Assembly: GCA_031411295.1 (NCBI GenBank)
Contig: JANOAV010000044.1
Coordinates: 5,946 to 69,945, forward strand
DNA: 64,000 nucleotides
Direction of reading: 5' to 3'
DNA from: Verrucomicrobiales bacterium
GTDB lineage: Bacteria > Verrucomicrobiota > Verrucomicrobiia > Verrucomicrobiales > V1-33
Both the position numbers and the translations under genes were made by a program. Below the pieces are notes generated by a model. The model was not told the origin of the DNA. It did no database searches and saw only the letters and a program-made list of their open reading frames with translations. This document shows positions 33,246 through 43,654 of the stretch, in pieces. Position 1 is the stretch's first letter. Each line of letters opens with the position of its first letter.

Positions 33246-35768
33246 TTATTGCTGCGCGGTTTTGGGTTTATCGACGGAGGCGGGGCGACGTTTCAGGAAG
33301 GCGTCCGATTCCACTATGGCTTGCAGCAGGCTGCCCGCATGGCCTTCATTTTGTTGCAGCCGTTGCAGGATCAGGTCCACCGTGGTCTCATCATGGAAAT
33401 CCAGGCCGCGTCCCAGGGCATACGTTAGCAGCTTCTGGGTAACGCACCGTTCAAAGGATTCCCGATGATTACTAACCAGAATCTGCTTCAACTCCCGGGC
33501 CGAGGAGAACTGCTCCGTGGCGCTGAGTTGGCCTTGTGATTCAATGGGTTTGCCGCGTTCGAACTCCCGCCACTTGCCCATGGCATTGAAATTCTCCAAG
33601 GCCAGTCCGATGGGGTCCATGCGGTTATGGCAGGAGGCGCACTTGGCGTCCGCCCGGTGCTTGGCTAAATTTTCCCGCAGGGTGCCTTCAATGCCTTTGC
33701 CGGCGGAGAAGTCTTCCAGCGGGGGCACGTTGGCGGGCGGCGGCGGCGGGGGCGATCCCAGAATGTTATCGAGAATGAAGAGTCCACGTTTCACCGGAGA
33801 AGTGCGCGTGGGATTGGAGGTTACTGCCAGCACCGTGCCTTGCGTCAGCAGGCCTCCGCGGGGACTATCTGCGGCTAGGGTGACTCGGCGGATTTCGTCA
33901 CCCTGAACCTCGGGGATGCCATAGTGGTCGGCCAGACGTTGATTAACGAAAGTATAGTCACTGGAAATCAATTCCGTTAGCGGGCGATCTTGCCGCAGCA
34001 CATACTCAAAATATTTCTCCGTCTCCCGTCGCATATCCCGCCGCAGATCACCCCGGAATTCCTGATTCTTGAATCGGTCGAAGCGCTTCTTGAAAATCGC
34101 CCGCCCCCGCTCCAGGTCGTCTCTTTCCACCTGGGTTAGGGTGGCGGTGTCCTTCCGCCGCAGTTCGAAATAACGTTTCCGGGCCTCCTCCAATTCCGGA
34201 TCCGGCGGCTGCTCGCGTTGCAGCACAAAGCGCACATCGATCGGGACTTCCTCAATGTCTCGGGCCTCCAGCCACTGTCCCACGAAATTGCGAATGAAGG
34301 CTTGCGAGCGCTCATGCTTGAACAGTCGGGCAAATTGTTCCCCCAGCTGCGCCCGCAGTTTCTTCTCTCCTGCCAGACGAAGCAATTCCTCATCCGGCAT
34401 GGTGCTCCAGAGAAAATAGGAAAGGCGCGAAGCCAGCGCATACTCATCAATATACGGGAATCCATTCGCAACTTCCGACTCTACGGGTTCCTCACGGAAA
34501 ATGAAGCGAGGGGAGGCCAGCACCGCTTCCATGGCCCGGCCAATTCCGGCCTCGAAATTTTTGTCAGGCTGCGTATAGACGCTTTCCGCCAACCTTGCCA
34601 GCCGCACTGACGTGGGTTCGTCAGTTGGCCGTCGAAACGCGCGCGTGGCAAATTTTCCCAACATTTCCTGCGCCAACGCCAATCTGGCAGCGGGTTCGGA
34701 CGGAATGGTCTGCGGGAACCACCGGTCATAGTTGGCGGGCTTGATCCAATGCTCCGGCTCCAGCGGTCCGGCCACCACCACCGCATCGATGCGCAGCCGC
34801 AGCTTGCGCGCCTGCTTTTCATTCGGCGTCAGCGGCTGAACCTCCAGCGTCAGCCGATGCTCTCCCGCGCTCCAAGTGGCGGGAAAATCATAACCGAATT
34901 CCCGGCCCGCCATCGTGCTCAGCTCACGTTCTCCAACCTCGGTGCCGTCGAATTTGAAGATAACCTTGCACCGATTCCCGTCCGGCTCGCCTTCGACGAA
35001 ATCCTCATGCCCGGAAAGTTTAAAATTTACCGTATAGTGCCCGTCATGCTTCACCTGAGTCTTGGCTGTGGTCACTGCGGCTTGGTTGTAACTCAGCATC
35101 GGGAGCGGCTCATGCGGCTCCTCCCGGAAAAAGCTCTCCCCCTTGACGGTGAATTCCGGCATGCTCTTGCCTTGAATGGGAACGGCCTTCGCTACGATCG
35201 TCTTGGCCGCCGCGAGATATTTTTCCAGCAGCATCGGGGAAATGTTGAGCACTTCACCGATATTATCGAAGCCATGGCCGGTATCATCGGCCGGAAACTC
35301 CTCGTCCGTGCGAAATTCCACATCCAAGAGATCCCGAATGGTGTTGCGATACTCCACCCGATTCAACCGCCGCAAGGTAACCCGTCCTGGATCGGGCGAC
35401 TGAGGATTCAACTGAAAGACGTCACGCTTAATGAAGGCAGCCAACGCGGTGCGTTCCGCCGGAGTCGGTTGCTCCTTGTCTGGCGGAGGCATCAAGCCGT
35501 CCCGCACGTTCTTCAGCGCCCGATACCAAAGGTCCTTTTCCCCGATCAGGGCTTCATCCGAGGCAAAACTATCGAAACTCACCCCGCCCTTCTTGGCTCC
35601 GTCCGCGTGACAGTCGAAACACTTCGCTTTCAGCACCGGCAGGATATCTCCACGATAAGCCGCCACCGAGGCGGCATCCTCGGCCGTAGCCGAAGCGCTA
35701 AGCGCGAATGAAAAAGCTCCAGCCCACCAAAGGCTGAGGCATTGATGAGTGGGGAGGAATCTCAACAT
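33246..35768 (-). CDS. DUF1587/DUF1592/DUF1595/DUF1588/DUF1585-family protein with cytochrome-c-like CxxCH motifs
   Basis: Signal peptide. CFDCHADGAKKGG (CxxCH), RRLNRVEYRNTIRDLLDV (DUF1587-like) and CASCHNRMDPIGLALENF (DUF1588-like). 840 aa. Separated by 5 nt from the DUF1552 gene. Confidence 0.8.
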   Translation of the reverse strand: MLRFLPTHQCLSLWWAGAFSFALSASATAEDAASVAAYRGDILPVLKAKCFDCHADGAKKGGVSFDSFASDEALIGEKDLWYRALKNVRDGLMPPPDKEQPTPAERTALAAFIKRDVFQLNPQSPDPGRVTLRRLNRVEYRNTIRDLLDVEFRTDEEFPADDTGHGFDNIGEVLNISPMLLEKYLAAAKTIVAKAVPIQGKSMPEFTVKGESFFREEPHEPLPMLSYNQAAVTTAKTQVKHDGHYTVNFKLSGHEDFVEGEPDGNRCKVIFKFDGTEVGERELSTMAGREFGYDFPATWSAGEHRLTLEVQPLTPNEKQARKLRLRIDAVVVAGPLEPEHWIKPANYDRWFPQTIPSEPAARLALAQEMLGKFATRAFRRPTDEPTSVRLARLAESVYTQPDKNFEAGIGRAMEAVLASPRFIFREEPVESEVANGFPYIDEYALASRLSYFLWSTMPDEELLRLAGEKKLRAQLGEQFARLFKHERSQAFIRNFVGQWLEARDIEEVPIDVRFVLQREQPPDPELEEARKRYFELRRKDTATLTQVERDDLERGRAIFKKRFDRFKNQEFRGDLRRDMRRETEKYFEYVLRQDRPLTELISSDYTFVNQRLADHYGIPEVQGDEIRRVTLAADSPRGGLLTQGTVLAVTSNPTRTSPVKRGLFILDNILGSPPPPPPANVPPLEDFSAGKGIEGTLRENLAKHRADAKCASCHNRMDPIGLALENFNAMGKWREFERGKPIESQGQLSATEQFSSARELKQILVSNHRESFERCVTQKLLTYALGRGLDFHDETTVDLILQRLQQNEGHAGSLLQAIVESDAFLKRRPASVDKPKTAQQ

Positions 35769-35926
35769 GGGTGAGACAAGCTGTAACGGCTCGCCCCCGG
35801 GAGCAAATTAAAACCCTCAGTCATGCCCAAAGGCGTATGCACGCCCCGGGATGGGTGCTCGCACCAAGCTCGGCTTGTCGGAGACGGCTAAATTTCAAAA
35901 AAATCACCCGCTAGGTTAAAATTTAG

Positions 35927-35954
35927 TTGAAATTAATAAATTAAACCATAGAAT
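35927..35954 (+). promoter_or_regulatory. Possible sigma-70-like promoter for the 35982 gene
   Basis: TTGAAA, a 16-nt spacer, then TAGAAT, in an AT-rich intergenic stretch about 28 nt upstream of the ATG. Confidence 0.3.
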
Positions 35955-35981
35955 CCATAATCAGAACAATTATTGAGAGAA

Positions 35982-36566
35982 ATGAAATCCAACTTATTCC
36001 GTCAGCCGCTCAATTTCCCAAACTCCCGCGCTACGCGTGAAGTCATCCGTCCACTTGCTACTACCATGATCTACACCGACTCGCAAAAGAATGTCTTCAC
36101 CGTCAGTAAAGTGGACTCCGCTGCCCCGCCAAATTATCAGGGAGACGTGCGTTTCGAGGTGGATGTGACACTGGGAGCAGAAGGACAACTAATTTTCGTC
36201 GGACTGTTGGAAACGGCAGCCCTCTCAATTCGGGAAAACAGCCCCGGAATCGGCATTTCCCTGGACCCCTGCACGGGAGCCATCACCGATGTCGTCAACG
36301 ACCAAGGCATCATCGGCTACCTGGAAGATGAAGATTTGCATCCTGGCCGCCAACTCACTGTGCAAATCGAAATCGAAGTGCTGAACGAGGTCTGCATCCC
36401 ACGCATCACCATCAGCGGAGAGCAATTCCTGCACCCCGCCCTGCTCATGGGCCACCCGAGCCAACTCACCGCCCTCGTGGGATCCGCCGTCATGGGCACC
36501 TCCAGAGCGCTCTTCGGCCGCAGTCAATTGCAAGTCAATCAACGCTCCCAAGGCCTGCCCGCCTAA
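35982..36566 (+). CDS. Hypothetical protein
   Basis: 194-aa ORF with the ATG at 35982. No recognisable motif. Confidence 0.45.
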   Translation: MKSNLFRQPLNFPNSRATREVIRPLATTMIYTDSQKNVFTVSKVDSAAPPNYQGDVRFEVDVTLGAEGQLIFVGLLETAALSIRENSPGIGISLDPCTGAITDVVNDQGIIGYLEDEDLHPGRQLTVQIEIEVLNEVCIPRITISGEQFLHPALLMGHPSQLTALVGSAVMGTSRALFGRSQLQVNQRSQGLPA

Positions 36567-36644
36567 CAGGTCGAATCGCAATTAGACCTGGCCCTGGGCC
36601 GCGACGTTGCTTCCTTTAGCTGCCTGCTTTGCGCCATGCCCGCA

Positions 36645-37982
36645 TTACTGCAACCAGCTCCAAGCCAGCGCAGCAACGCATGCTAGGATTAGTGCAATAC
36701 TGATCCAGCCAGCGGCTCGAACCCAGCGTGGCGAGCGTGCGGAGCCCATGATAGAGGCGTCGTTTCCCAGTAATTGCAGGGCGATCACATGCAGCGGCAG
36801 CAGCACGGCATTCACCACTTGGCTGCTGTAGATGAGCGGAATCAACGGCAGGCTGGGGAGGGATACCACACTCACGGCAGCGATGGTCAGGCCTATGAAG
36901 GCTGCGTAAAACCATTGGAAGTGATGCGAATCCAAGTCCAGTGAAGCAGGTTCCCCCACGCCTTCGGCAATGGAATAGGCAGTGGCAATCGGGACGATGG
37001 CAGCAGCTAGTAAGGAGGCACCTAGCAGACCCACACCGAAGAGCACGGTGGCAAACTTTCCCGCCAACGGGCGCAGCGCCACGGCCGCGTCCCCTGCATC
37101 CGTGATGTGGATGCCGGCTCTGTTCAAGGTGGCCGCGCAAGCCACGGCAATGGCCAACCCGATGACTCCGGTTAGGATGGAACCGATCACCACGTCCGCT
37201 CGCGCCCAGCGCAAAGTTGCTAGAGAGATCTTCTTATCCACCGCATACGATTGGATGAACGCCAGTCCCCACGGAGCCAGCGTCGTGCCCAGCGCGGCTG
37301 CGATGGCGATCCAGCCCGCGGCATTGCTGGGGAAATGAGGCACGACCGAATGGTGCCAGACCGCGTTCCAATCGGGGTCTGCCAGCAAGCCGTCCACAAT
37401 ATACAAGGCCAGGGTGGCCGAAATCACCAGCAGCACTCGCTCGACGCGATGAAACGAGCCGAGCACGACTACCAGGGAAATCAAGACTCCCGCCACGGGC
37501 GCACTAATCCACGAGGGAATCCCGATCAAGCCGCCTGCCGCCGAGATTCCGGCATACTCCGCGCAGATGGTCCCGAAGTTTGCCAGCAGTAGTCCGCCCA
37601 CGGCAAAGTAACCCGCCTTGCGTCCCCAACGCTCCCGAATTAGGCCTACGAATCCTTTGCCGGTGGCTGCGCCCAGCCGCACCGCCAGAAGATGGAATTG
37701 CACTAATAGGATGGTTGAGGCTGGAATGATCCACAGCAGTTTATAGCCAAAATCCGCTCCCAACACCGAGTAAGTCGTGATGCCCGCCGGGTCATCATCG
37801 GACAGTCCCGCCAACAACCCCGGCCCCAGCACCGCTAGGAATGCCACCCAAGCGCCACGACCGGACTGCAATAGTTGCGCAAAGCGCAATCCAATGCCTC
37901 GATGGTGATGTGCCACGGCGTGCGGGGGCGCGGCTTGCTTTTGCCGCACGTGATGGGTCGCACGGTGCCAAGCTTTAAACAT
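36645..37982 (-). CDS. mntH: NRAMP-family divalent metal (Mn2+/Fe2+) transporter
   Basis: GPGLLAGLSDDDPAGITTYSVLGADFGYKLLW is an Nramp signature region. About 11 hydrophobic segments. Start taken at MFKAWH (37982); the ORF extends to 38147. Confidence 0.8.
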   Translation of the reverse strand: MFKAWHRATHHVRQKQAAPPHAVAHHHRGIGLRFAQLLQSGRGAWVAFLAVLGPGLLAGLSDDDPAGITTYSVLGADFGYKLLWIIPASTILLVQFHLLAVRLGAATGKGFVGLIRERWGRKAGYFAVGGLLLANFGTICAEYAGISAAGGLIGIPSWISAPVAGVLISLVVVLGSFHRVERVLLVISATLALYIVDGLLADPDWNAVWHHSVVPHFPSNAAGWIAIAAALGTTLAPWGLAFIQSYAVDKKISLATLRWARADVVIGSILTGVIGLAIAVACAATLNRAGIHITDAGDAAVALRPLAGKFATVLFGVGLLGASLLAAAIVPIATAYSIAEGVGEPASLDLDSHHFQWFYAAFIGLTIAAVSVVSLPSLPLIPLIYSSQVVNAVLLPLHVIALQLLGNDASIMGSARSPRWVRAAGWISIALILACVAALAWSWLQ

Positions 37983-38174
37983 TGGGGCGGTCCTCTCGAT
38001 CAGTTGTTGGTGAATTCGCAATCGCTTCCATGAGAGCAGAACGTCGAACCGAAATACCGACATGCAAGTCCCATAGGTTGATGAAGTTTCAAGCCAGGCC
38101 TGGCCGCTACTTTTGCGAGGAAGATCCACCTGCTCGCGTGCGTGCATTTCGCGATTTATGAAATACGCTCTGCC

Positions 38175-39872
38175 ATGCTTTCACGTTGGTTATCGATTTT
38201 GGTGCTGCCGCTCTCGCTTTCAGCGGGGGTGGTTGTTTTGCCGGAACGTAGGGCGGAGGCTCGGACGGGGGCAGCGGTGGCGGAGGCCGTCTCGGGCATG
38301 AATTTAAATGATCGTGAGGATTTATTGGTGCGGGAGATTTCCCAGGGAAATGTGCCTAACTGGTGGCGGAAATTTGTGCCAGTGACGGTGCATTTGGAAA
38401 TTGATGGCACGCCGCAGACGCTGGTTTATGAAGTTTCCCCAGACGTGGTCATGGTGGGTGATGATGTCGATGCCATGCGAGTTCCATTATCTCCGGTGGC
38501 CGCCCAGACGTTGGCAGGTTCATTGGATTGCCTTCTGCCAACCTCGCAAATGTCCGCGCAGATCTATGCGGCTGCGGAAGTGAAATTAACGCCCCATCCG
38601 CTGACTCCCGGACCTGACATGACGGGCTTCGCCAAGTTTTTGGCGCACGAAAAGATCGTCGATTCCCAACGCGCTGAAAACCCCGCTCTGCCCGGAACCC
38701 TGGTGGCTGGACACAAAAAGGATGTGGTCGTAAGCGCCAAGCTCTGTGAAGCCACGGGAAAAGTTGCGATATTCGGTTGGCACAAGACTTCAGCGCAACC
38801 GATTCAGCCGCTTTATCTCGGTCACACCGAGAACTGGGTGGACTACAGTCATGGGGTGCGGCTGGTAAGACGGCAAATGCAACTGAATGGGAAGTCTGTC
38901 TTCATGGAGGATCTGTTGGCTGATGCTAAACTGAGCAAGCTCTTGGGCGCTGAAGGCCCGCTGTTGAATCCGCGTTATGACACGGATCGGACCACGACGA
39001 TGAAGCTGGACCCTGGCGTGCGCGTGGTCATCAAGGCTCCATTTGCTTGGGTGAAAACTGAGCCGGTGCGCTTGGTCATCTATGCCACGCCAAATGGAAG
39101 CACGGCGGAACAAACGATTGGGCGCATCGTAGCTTCCGGTGGGGACTGGCATTACCAGATTCAGAACATCGGAGCGCAAACCCATTGGTTGCGCGACCAT
39201 GCCAACTTAAGGAATCTGGTGGTGGCTTACCTCGAGCCGGAAGGGAAATCCTGGTCTGCCTGGCGGAAGAAATTTGATGCCCAAAACCAGCTGATTCCTC
39301 GCCTTATCGAGGCGATTTCGCAGCAATTCAAAGGTCAGGACGTGCGGCTCACACTGACCGGCCACAGTGGTGGGGGAAGTTTTATTTTCGGTTACTTCAA
39401 TGCCGTGTCGGAGATTCCAGCCGCCATCGAACGGATTGCTTTTCTGGATAGCAATTATAATTGGGAAACCGAACGTCACGTCGTCAAGTTCAGCAATTGG
39501 CTCAAAGGTTCCCCTGAGCACCGACTTTGCGTCCTCGCTTACGAAGATTGCGTGGCGCTGCTCAATGGAAAGACGTTTGTCAGTGAATCCGGCGGCACCT
39601 GGGGCCGCAGTCTGCAGATGCTTCAGGATCTGGGCAAATCGTTTCCATTGGAGCGGAAGGAGGATGATGATTTCATCCGTGCCAACTCCGCCGCTGGCCA
39701 GATTCAGTTTCTCCTGCGCAAGAATCCTGCAAAGAAAGTCCTCCATTCTGTGCTGGTGGAGCGCAACGGCTTCATCCAAGGGATCATCGGAGGAACGAAT
39801 TCCGAGGGACAGGGGTATGAGTATTTCGGTCCACGGGCGTATGCTCCCGGTCTGCCGCAGTCCCCCCAGTAG
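38175..39872 (+). CDS. Secreted hypothetical protein with a C-terminal serine-hydrolase-like domain
   Basis: Signal peptide MLSRWLSILVLPLSLSAG. LTLTGHSGGGSF is a GxSxG nucleophile elbow. The N-terminal ~300 aa are unassigned. Confidence 0.55.
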   Translation: MLSRWLSILVLPLSLSAGVVVLPERRAEARTGAAVAEAVSGMNLNDREDLLVREISQGNVPNWWRKFVPVTVHLEIDGTPQTLVYEVSPDVVMVGDDVDAMRVPLSPVAAQTLAGSLDCLLPTSQMSAQIYAAAEVKLTPHPLTPGPDMTGFAKFLAHEKIVDSQRAENPALPGTLVAGHKKDVVVSAKLCEATGKVAIFGWHKTSAQPIQPLYLGHTENWVDYSHGVRLVRRQMQLNGKSVFMEDLLADAKLSKLLGAEGPLLNPRYDTDRTTTMKLDPGVRVVIKAPFAWVKTEPVRLVIYATPNGSTAEQTIGRIVASGGDWHYQIQNIGAQTHWLRDHANLRNLVVAYLEPEGKSWSAWRKKFDAQNQLIPRLIEAISQQFKGQDVRLTLTGHSGGGSFIFGYFNAVSEIPAAIERIAFLDSNYNWETERHVVKFSNWLKGSPEHRLCVLAYEDCVALLNGKTFVSESGGTWGRSLQMLQDLGKSFPLERKEDDDFIRANSAAGQIQFLLRKNPAKKVLHSVLVERNGFIQGIIGGTNSEGQGYEYFGPRAYAPGLPQSPQ

Positions 39873-39989
39873 CGGCCACGAGCCCGAGGATGATCAGACA
39901 AGATCCCAGTCGGCTCACGTGATGGGTTGACGCGTGGACAATTCGCGGAGAGAGAAGCTAATAAAATCCATCTCCCATCCGCCCCTTCC

Positions 39990-40766
39990 ATGCTTACCAT
40001 CGCAGATCGCCAATTCTCTTCCCGACTTTTCCTCGGAACGGGTAAATTTTCCTCACCCGCCACCATGCGCGATGCGCTGGATGCCTCCGGCACTCAGATC
40101 GTGACGGTAGCATTGCGGCGGGCGGATCTCACGGGTCAGCAGGATCCGTTTGCGAACATCCTGGAGTTTATCGATCCAAAGAAATACTTGCTCCTGCCCA
40201 ACACCAGCGGAGCCAACACCGCTGAAGAAGCCGTGCGCCTGGCCCGCTTGGCGGAGGCCGCAGGGTTGCCCAAGTGGGTGAAATTGGAAATTCACCCAGA
40301 TCCAAAATATTTGCTACCCGATCCTATCGAGACGCTGAAGGCGGCGGAGATCTTGGTGAAAGAAGGTTTCGTGGTCCTGCCGTATATCAACGCTGACCCC
40401 GTGCTGGCCAAACGGCTCCAAGACGTGGGCACGGCCACCGTGATGCCTCTGGGGGCTCCCATCGGTTCCAATCGGGGACTGGAAACGCGCCGACAGTTGG
40501 AAATTATCATCGAGCAAGCAATCGTGCCCGTAGTGGTGGATGCCGGAATCGGTGCGCCCAGCCACGCTGCCGAAGCCTTGGAAATGGGGGCTGATGCCGT
40601 GTTGGTAAATACCGCCATTGCCATTTCCCACGATCCCTGTCAGATGGCGCGGGCTTTCAAGATGGCGGTGGAGGCTGGACGAATGGCGTTTGATTTAGGA
40701 TTGCCGCGGGCGTCCGGCCAGGCCTCAGCGACAAGCCCGCTGGGGGCTTTCCTAGATAGTTTATAA
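39990..40766 (+). CDS. thiG: Thiazole synthase
   Basis: [35 protein letters not shown] and [14 protein letters not shown] match ThiG. About 258 aa. Confidence 0.9.
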   Translation: MLTIADRQFSSRLFLGTGKFSSPATMRDALDASGTQIVTVALRRADLTGQQDPFANILEFIDPKKYLLLPNTSGANTAEEAVRLARLAEAAGLPKWVKLEIHPDPKYLLPDPIETLKAAEILVKEGFVVLPYINADPVLAKRLQDVGTATVMPLGAPIGSNRGLETRRQLEIIIEQAIVPVVVDAGIGAPSHAAEALEMGADAVLVNTAIAISHDPCQMARAFKMAVEAGRMAFDLGLPRASGQASATSPLGAFLDSL

Positions 40767-40892
40767 GTTCCAACCACCGGATTCCGCTGGGCCGCGCTAA
40801 TTCGCCTGTTTTGAGCCGTTTCCGCAATTGACGAGCACCCGCCTCAGCCTACGTTCCGCGCAGCTAACCCCTCAAATTTTTACTTCCATCTC

Positions 40893-42080
40893 ATGAATAT
40901 CCACGAATACCAAGCCAAAGAACTGTTCCTCAAATACGGCGTGCCCACCCCGGCCGGCAGCGTCGCCTCCACCAAGGCAGAAGCTGCTGCTGCCGCCACT
41001 GCCTTGGGCGGAGAGGGATTGGTAGTGAAGGCACAAGTCCACGCTGGCGGACGCGGCAAAGGAACCTTTAAGAACGGGTTCAAGGGCGGCGTGCAACTTG
41101 CCGACACAGTGGCGCAAGCAGCTGATTTTGCTGAGAAAATGCTCGGCCAAGTCCTCGTGACCCACCAAACTGGTCCGGAAGGCAAGCTCGTCAGCAAAGT
41201 GCTTATCGCGAAGGGCATCGATATCAAGAAGGAATACTATCTCGCCATCCTCATGGATCGGGCCACGGAGCGCCCGGTCATCGTCATCAGCAGCGAAGGC
41301 GGAATGAACATCGAAGAAGTGGCCGAACACACCCCTGAAAAGATCATCAACGAGCCCGTGAATCCTGCGCTCGGTCTGCAATCCTACCAATGCAAAAAAC
41401 TGGCCAAGCTCGTGGGTCTGGGTTCCGACAAGCTGCGCTCCTTTGAAAAAGTCCTCACTTCGCTCTACAAATTATTCATCGCTTGCGATTGCTCCATGGT
41501 GGAAATTAATCCATTAGTCGAGACGCCCGCCGGAGAGATCCTGGCGCTGGATGCCAAGTTTAACTTCGACGACAACGCCCTCTATCGTCATCCCGAGATT
41601 TCCGCCATGCGTGACATCACCGAAGAGGATCCGCGCGAAGTGGAAGCATCTAAATTCGATCTCAATTACATCGGGCTGGATGGAAACATCGCCTGCATGG
41701 TGAATGGAGCCGGGTTGGCCATGGCCACTATGGACATCATCAAACATTGCGGTGGTGATCCCGCCAATTTCCTCGACGTGGGTGGTGGCGCGAAGGAAGA
41801 TCAGGTGCGCGAAGCATTCCGTATCCTCTGTGCCGACCCTAAAGTGGAGGCCATTCTGGTAAATATCTTTGGTGGTATCATGAAGTGCGACGTCATCGCC
41901 CAAGGGATCATTAACGCAGCCAAGACTATCGAACTCCGCGTCCCGCTCGTCGTCCGACTCGAAGGAACGAACGTCGCGTTAGGCCGACAATTGCTGCAGG
42001 ACAGTGGTTTGCCGATCATCACTGCCACCGACTTGGCCGACGCTGCCGCCAAGGCAGTGCAGGCAGCCAAGGCGGCATAG
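40893..42080 (+). CDS. sucC: Succinyl-CoA synthetase beta subunit
   Basis: [20 protein letters not shown], the ATP-grasp region, and [13 protein letters not shown]…FLDVGGGA. Confidence 0.92.
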   Translation: MNIHEYQAKELFLKYGVPTPAGSVASTKAEAAAAATALGGEGLVVKAQVHAGGRGKGTFKNGFKGGVQLADTVAQAADFAEKMLGQVLVTHQTGPEGKLVSKVLIAKGIDIKKEYYLAILMDRATERPVIVISSEGGMNIEEVAEHTPEKIINEPVNPALGLQSYQCKKLAKLVGLGSDKLRSFEKVLTSLYKLFIACDCSMVEINPLVETPAGEILALDAKFNFDDNALYRHPEISAMRDITEEDPREVEASKFDLNYIGLDGNIACMVNGAGLAMATMDIIKHCGGDPANFLDVGGGAKEDQVREAFRILCADPKVEAILVNIFGGIMKCDVIAQGIINAAKTIELRVPLVVRLEGTNVALGRQLLQDSGLPIITATDLADAAAKAVQAAKAA

Positions 42081-42105
42081 TCCGCTAAAGCACCTTCCTG
42101 AATTT

Positions 42106-42148
42106 GCCGCCAAGCAAAGATCCCGTAACGGGCTCTCAGCTTGGCGGC
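42106..42148. terminator. Bidirectional terminator-like hairpin between the convergent sucC and fic genes
   Basis: A 10-bp stem GCCGCCAAGC / GCTTGGCGGC encloses a smaller CCCG-taa-CGGG hairpin and is followed by TTCATTT. Confidence 0.5.
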
Positions 42149-42154
42149 TTCATT

Positions 42155-43654
42155 TCAGGGGTGGAGTTTACGCTGCCAAATCGCCTGCCAAGCGGCAAAC
42201 TCAGACGGTCGAATCCGCAAGCGGGCGTAGTTTCCTTCGTGCAGTGCTAGCAGATCATTTTCCGCCATTTCGGTCGCACGGGCACGGTCCACCGCGGCCA
42301 CCTGATCCATCGCCCAGCGACGCACATGCTGCGCGGCCAATGCCTTGTCCATATGGCCCAGCACGATTTCCCGCACCACTTGCTTCAAGGCTTCGTGATA
42401 CTGGAGTCCGACCGGATCCGGCTGGGTGGTGGTCTGACACACTGCGGCATATTTCGCTGCGGAAATGCGATAGGCTTTTGCGAATACCTCCCGCAGCAAT
42501 TCAATCCGATTCAGCTCATAGACTGCAAGGATGGCATCCGTGTAGTCTCGCACAGGCACGCCAGTGAAAGAGATGGGAGCCAAGTTCTCACGAATCAAGG
42601 GCAAGTTAGCAGCCACCCGCGAAACCCGTTTGTTGACGTCATCGAACGCTTGCAGGTAGGGGAAATGAACCATGGCGAAGAACGCCTGCTCCAGCGGATC
42701 ATTGATCGCTTGGGCCTTTTCCAATATTTCCATGAAGCATTCCTCGATCACCTGCGGCACCTCTAACGGATGGTAGGATGATCCGCCAATACCCACCGCA
42801 ATTTTACGCAGCCGACCTTCCGCCATCTGATCGTGCATCAAGCCTCGGGCCAGCATGGCATGGAGATTCAAAATGGTGTAGCGATTAAATCCCACATCAT
42901 CCTGGGCCTCAATGAGGAACTCGATGGCTTCTTTGTGATTGAGAATCATCCGCGCTTCCAGATAGCGCGAAGGATCTGCCTCTCGCCCCATTTCGAGGAG
43001 TCGCTCTGTTTCCAGCAGTGAGTAGGTATTACCCTCCAAGCGACTGGAGTTCCAAGACAGATCTATCAGAACGCGTTGAAAAACGTTCTTCACGTAGGTC
43101 CCTGCCGGCAGCTGTGCCATCTGGTCTGACTGGCCAGCCAAGCGGAGTTCATCCCGCAGGGCTGCTGGCAGGTAATAGGTTACATTGGGTTGATACGAAC
43201 GAAGAAATTCCCGTTGATAGCCTACGGGGGGCCGCTGATTCAACGGCCGTCGAATCAAGGCGCGGAGGTGCTCGATTTCCTCTTCGTTTTCAGCCAGCAC
43301 ATCCCCGCCCGCTGTTTCACGGAGCACGCTGGTGAAATTTCCCCACTCAGCAGATGGGCTACATGGGGGTATGCGCGGATTGTTGACTGGTGGTGCCGGC
43401 GTAATTCCCCCAAACTCTTGCCGTCCTTGCGAGGTTAGGTAATAGCGCGTGGCCCGCGCTTTCCCGACTCGTTCTAACCAGCCAGCTCGATGGAATTCAT
43501 CGAGTCTCCGCAGGATTGTGGCCCGGGAAATTTTCACACCGCTGAGGCGGATGAGTTCCTCAATTCCCAACGTGACTTGGGCTTGGAGTAGTGCAGATAT
43601 GATTCGATTCGATTCAATATCAAGATGATTTGACGGGATATTCTGTGTTTTCAT
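42155..43654 (-). CDS. Fic/DOC-family protein with an N-terminal wHTH and a degenerate active-site motif
   Basis: SWNSSRLEGNTYSLLETERLL and NRYTILNLHAML are Fic-fold motifs. The canonical HPFx(D/E)GNGRxxR position reads QAFDDVNKRVSR, so the catalytic His is Gln and the NKR is Doc-like. The N-terminus has an IEELIRLSGVKISRATILRRLDEF HTH. Confidence 0.75.
   Translation of the reverse strand: MKTQNIPSNHLDIESNRIISALLQAQVTLGIEELIRLSGVKISRATILRRLDEFHRAGWLERVGKARATRYYLTSQGRQEFGGITPAPPVNNPRIPPCSPSAEWGNFTSVLRETAGGDVLAENEEEIEHLRALIRRPLNQRPPVGYQREFLRSYQPNVTYYLPAALRDELRLAGQSDQMAQLPAGTYVKNVFQRVLIDLSWNSSRLEGNTYSLLETERLLEMGREADPSRYLEARMILNHKEAIEFLIEAQDDVGFNRYTILNLHAMLARGLMHDQMAEGRLRKIAVGIGGSSYHPLEVPQVIEECFMEILEKAQAINDPLEQAFFAMVHFPYLQAFDDVNKRVSRVAANLPLIRENLAPISFTGVPVRDYTDAILAVYELNRIELLREVFAKAYRISAAKYAAVCQTTTQPDPVGLQYHEALKQVVREIVLGHMDKALAAQHVRRWAMDQVAAVDRARATEMAENDLLALHEGNYARLRIRPSEFAAWQAIWQRKLHP

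Noticed and set aside
34749-35711. A 320-aa plus-strand ORF.
   Set aside because: It is antisense to the DUF1592-family gene, which has CxxCH and DUF1587-like motifs. No motifs of its own.
37983-38140. A possible Mn-responsive riboswitch or operator upstream of mntH (minus strand).
   Set aside because: No yybP-ykoY-like conserved core or clear palindrome was seen. It cannot be supported by eye.
39873-39989. A possible TPP riboswitch upstream of thiG.
   Set aside because: I could not find the conserved CUGAGA / ACCUGAUCUGGAUAAUGCCAGCG-type elements in the 117-nt leader.
42004-42567. A 187-aa plus-strand ORF spanning the sucC end and the fic gene.
   Set aside because: It is out of frame with sucC and antisense to fic. 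It is Pro/Arg-rich with no motifs.
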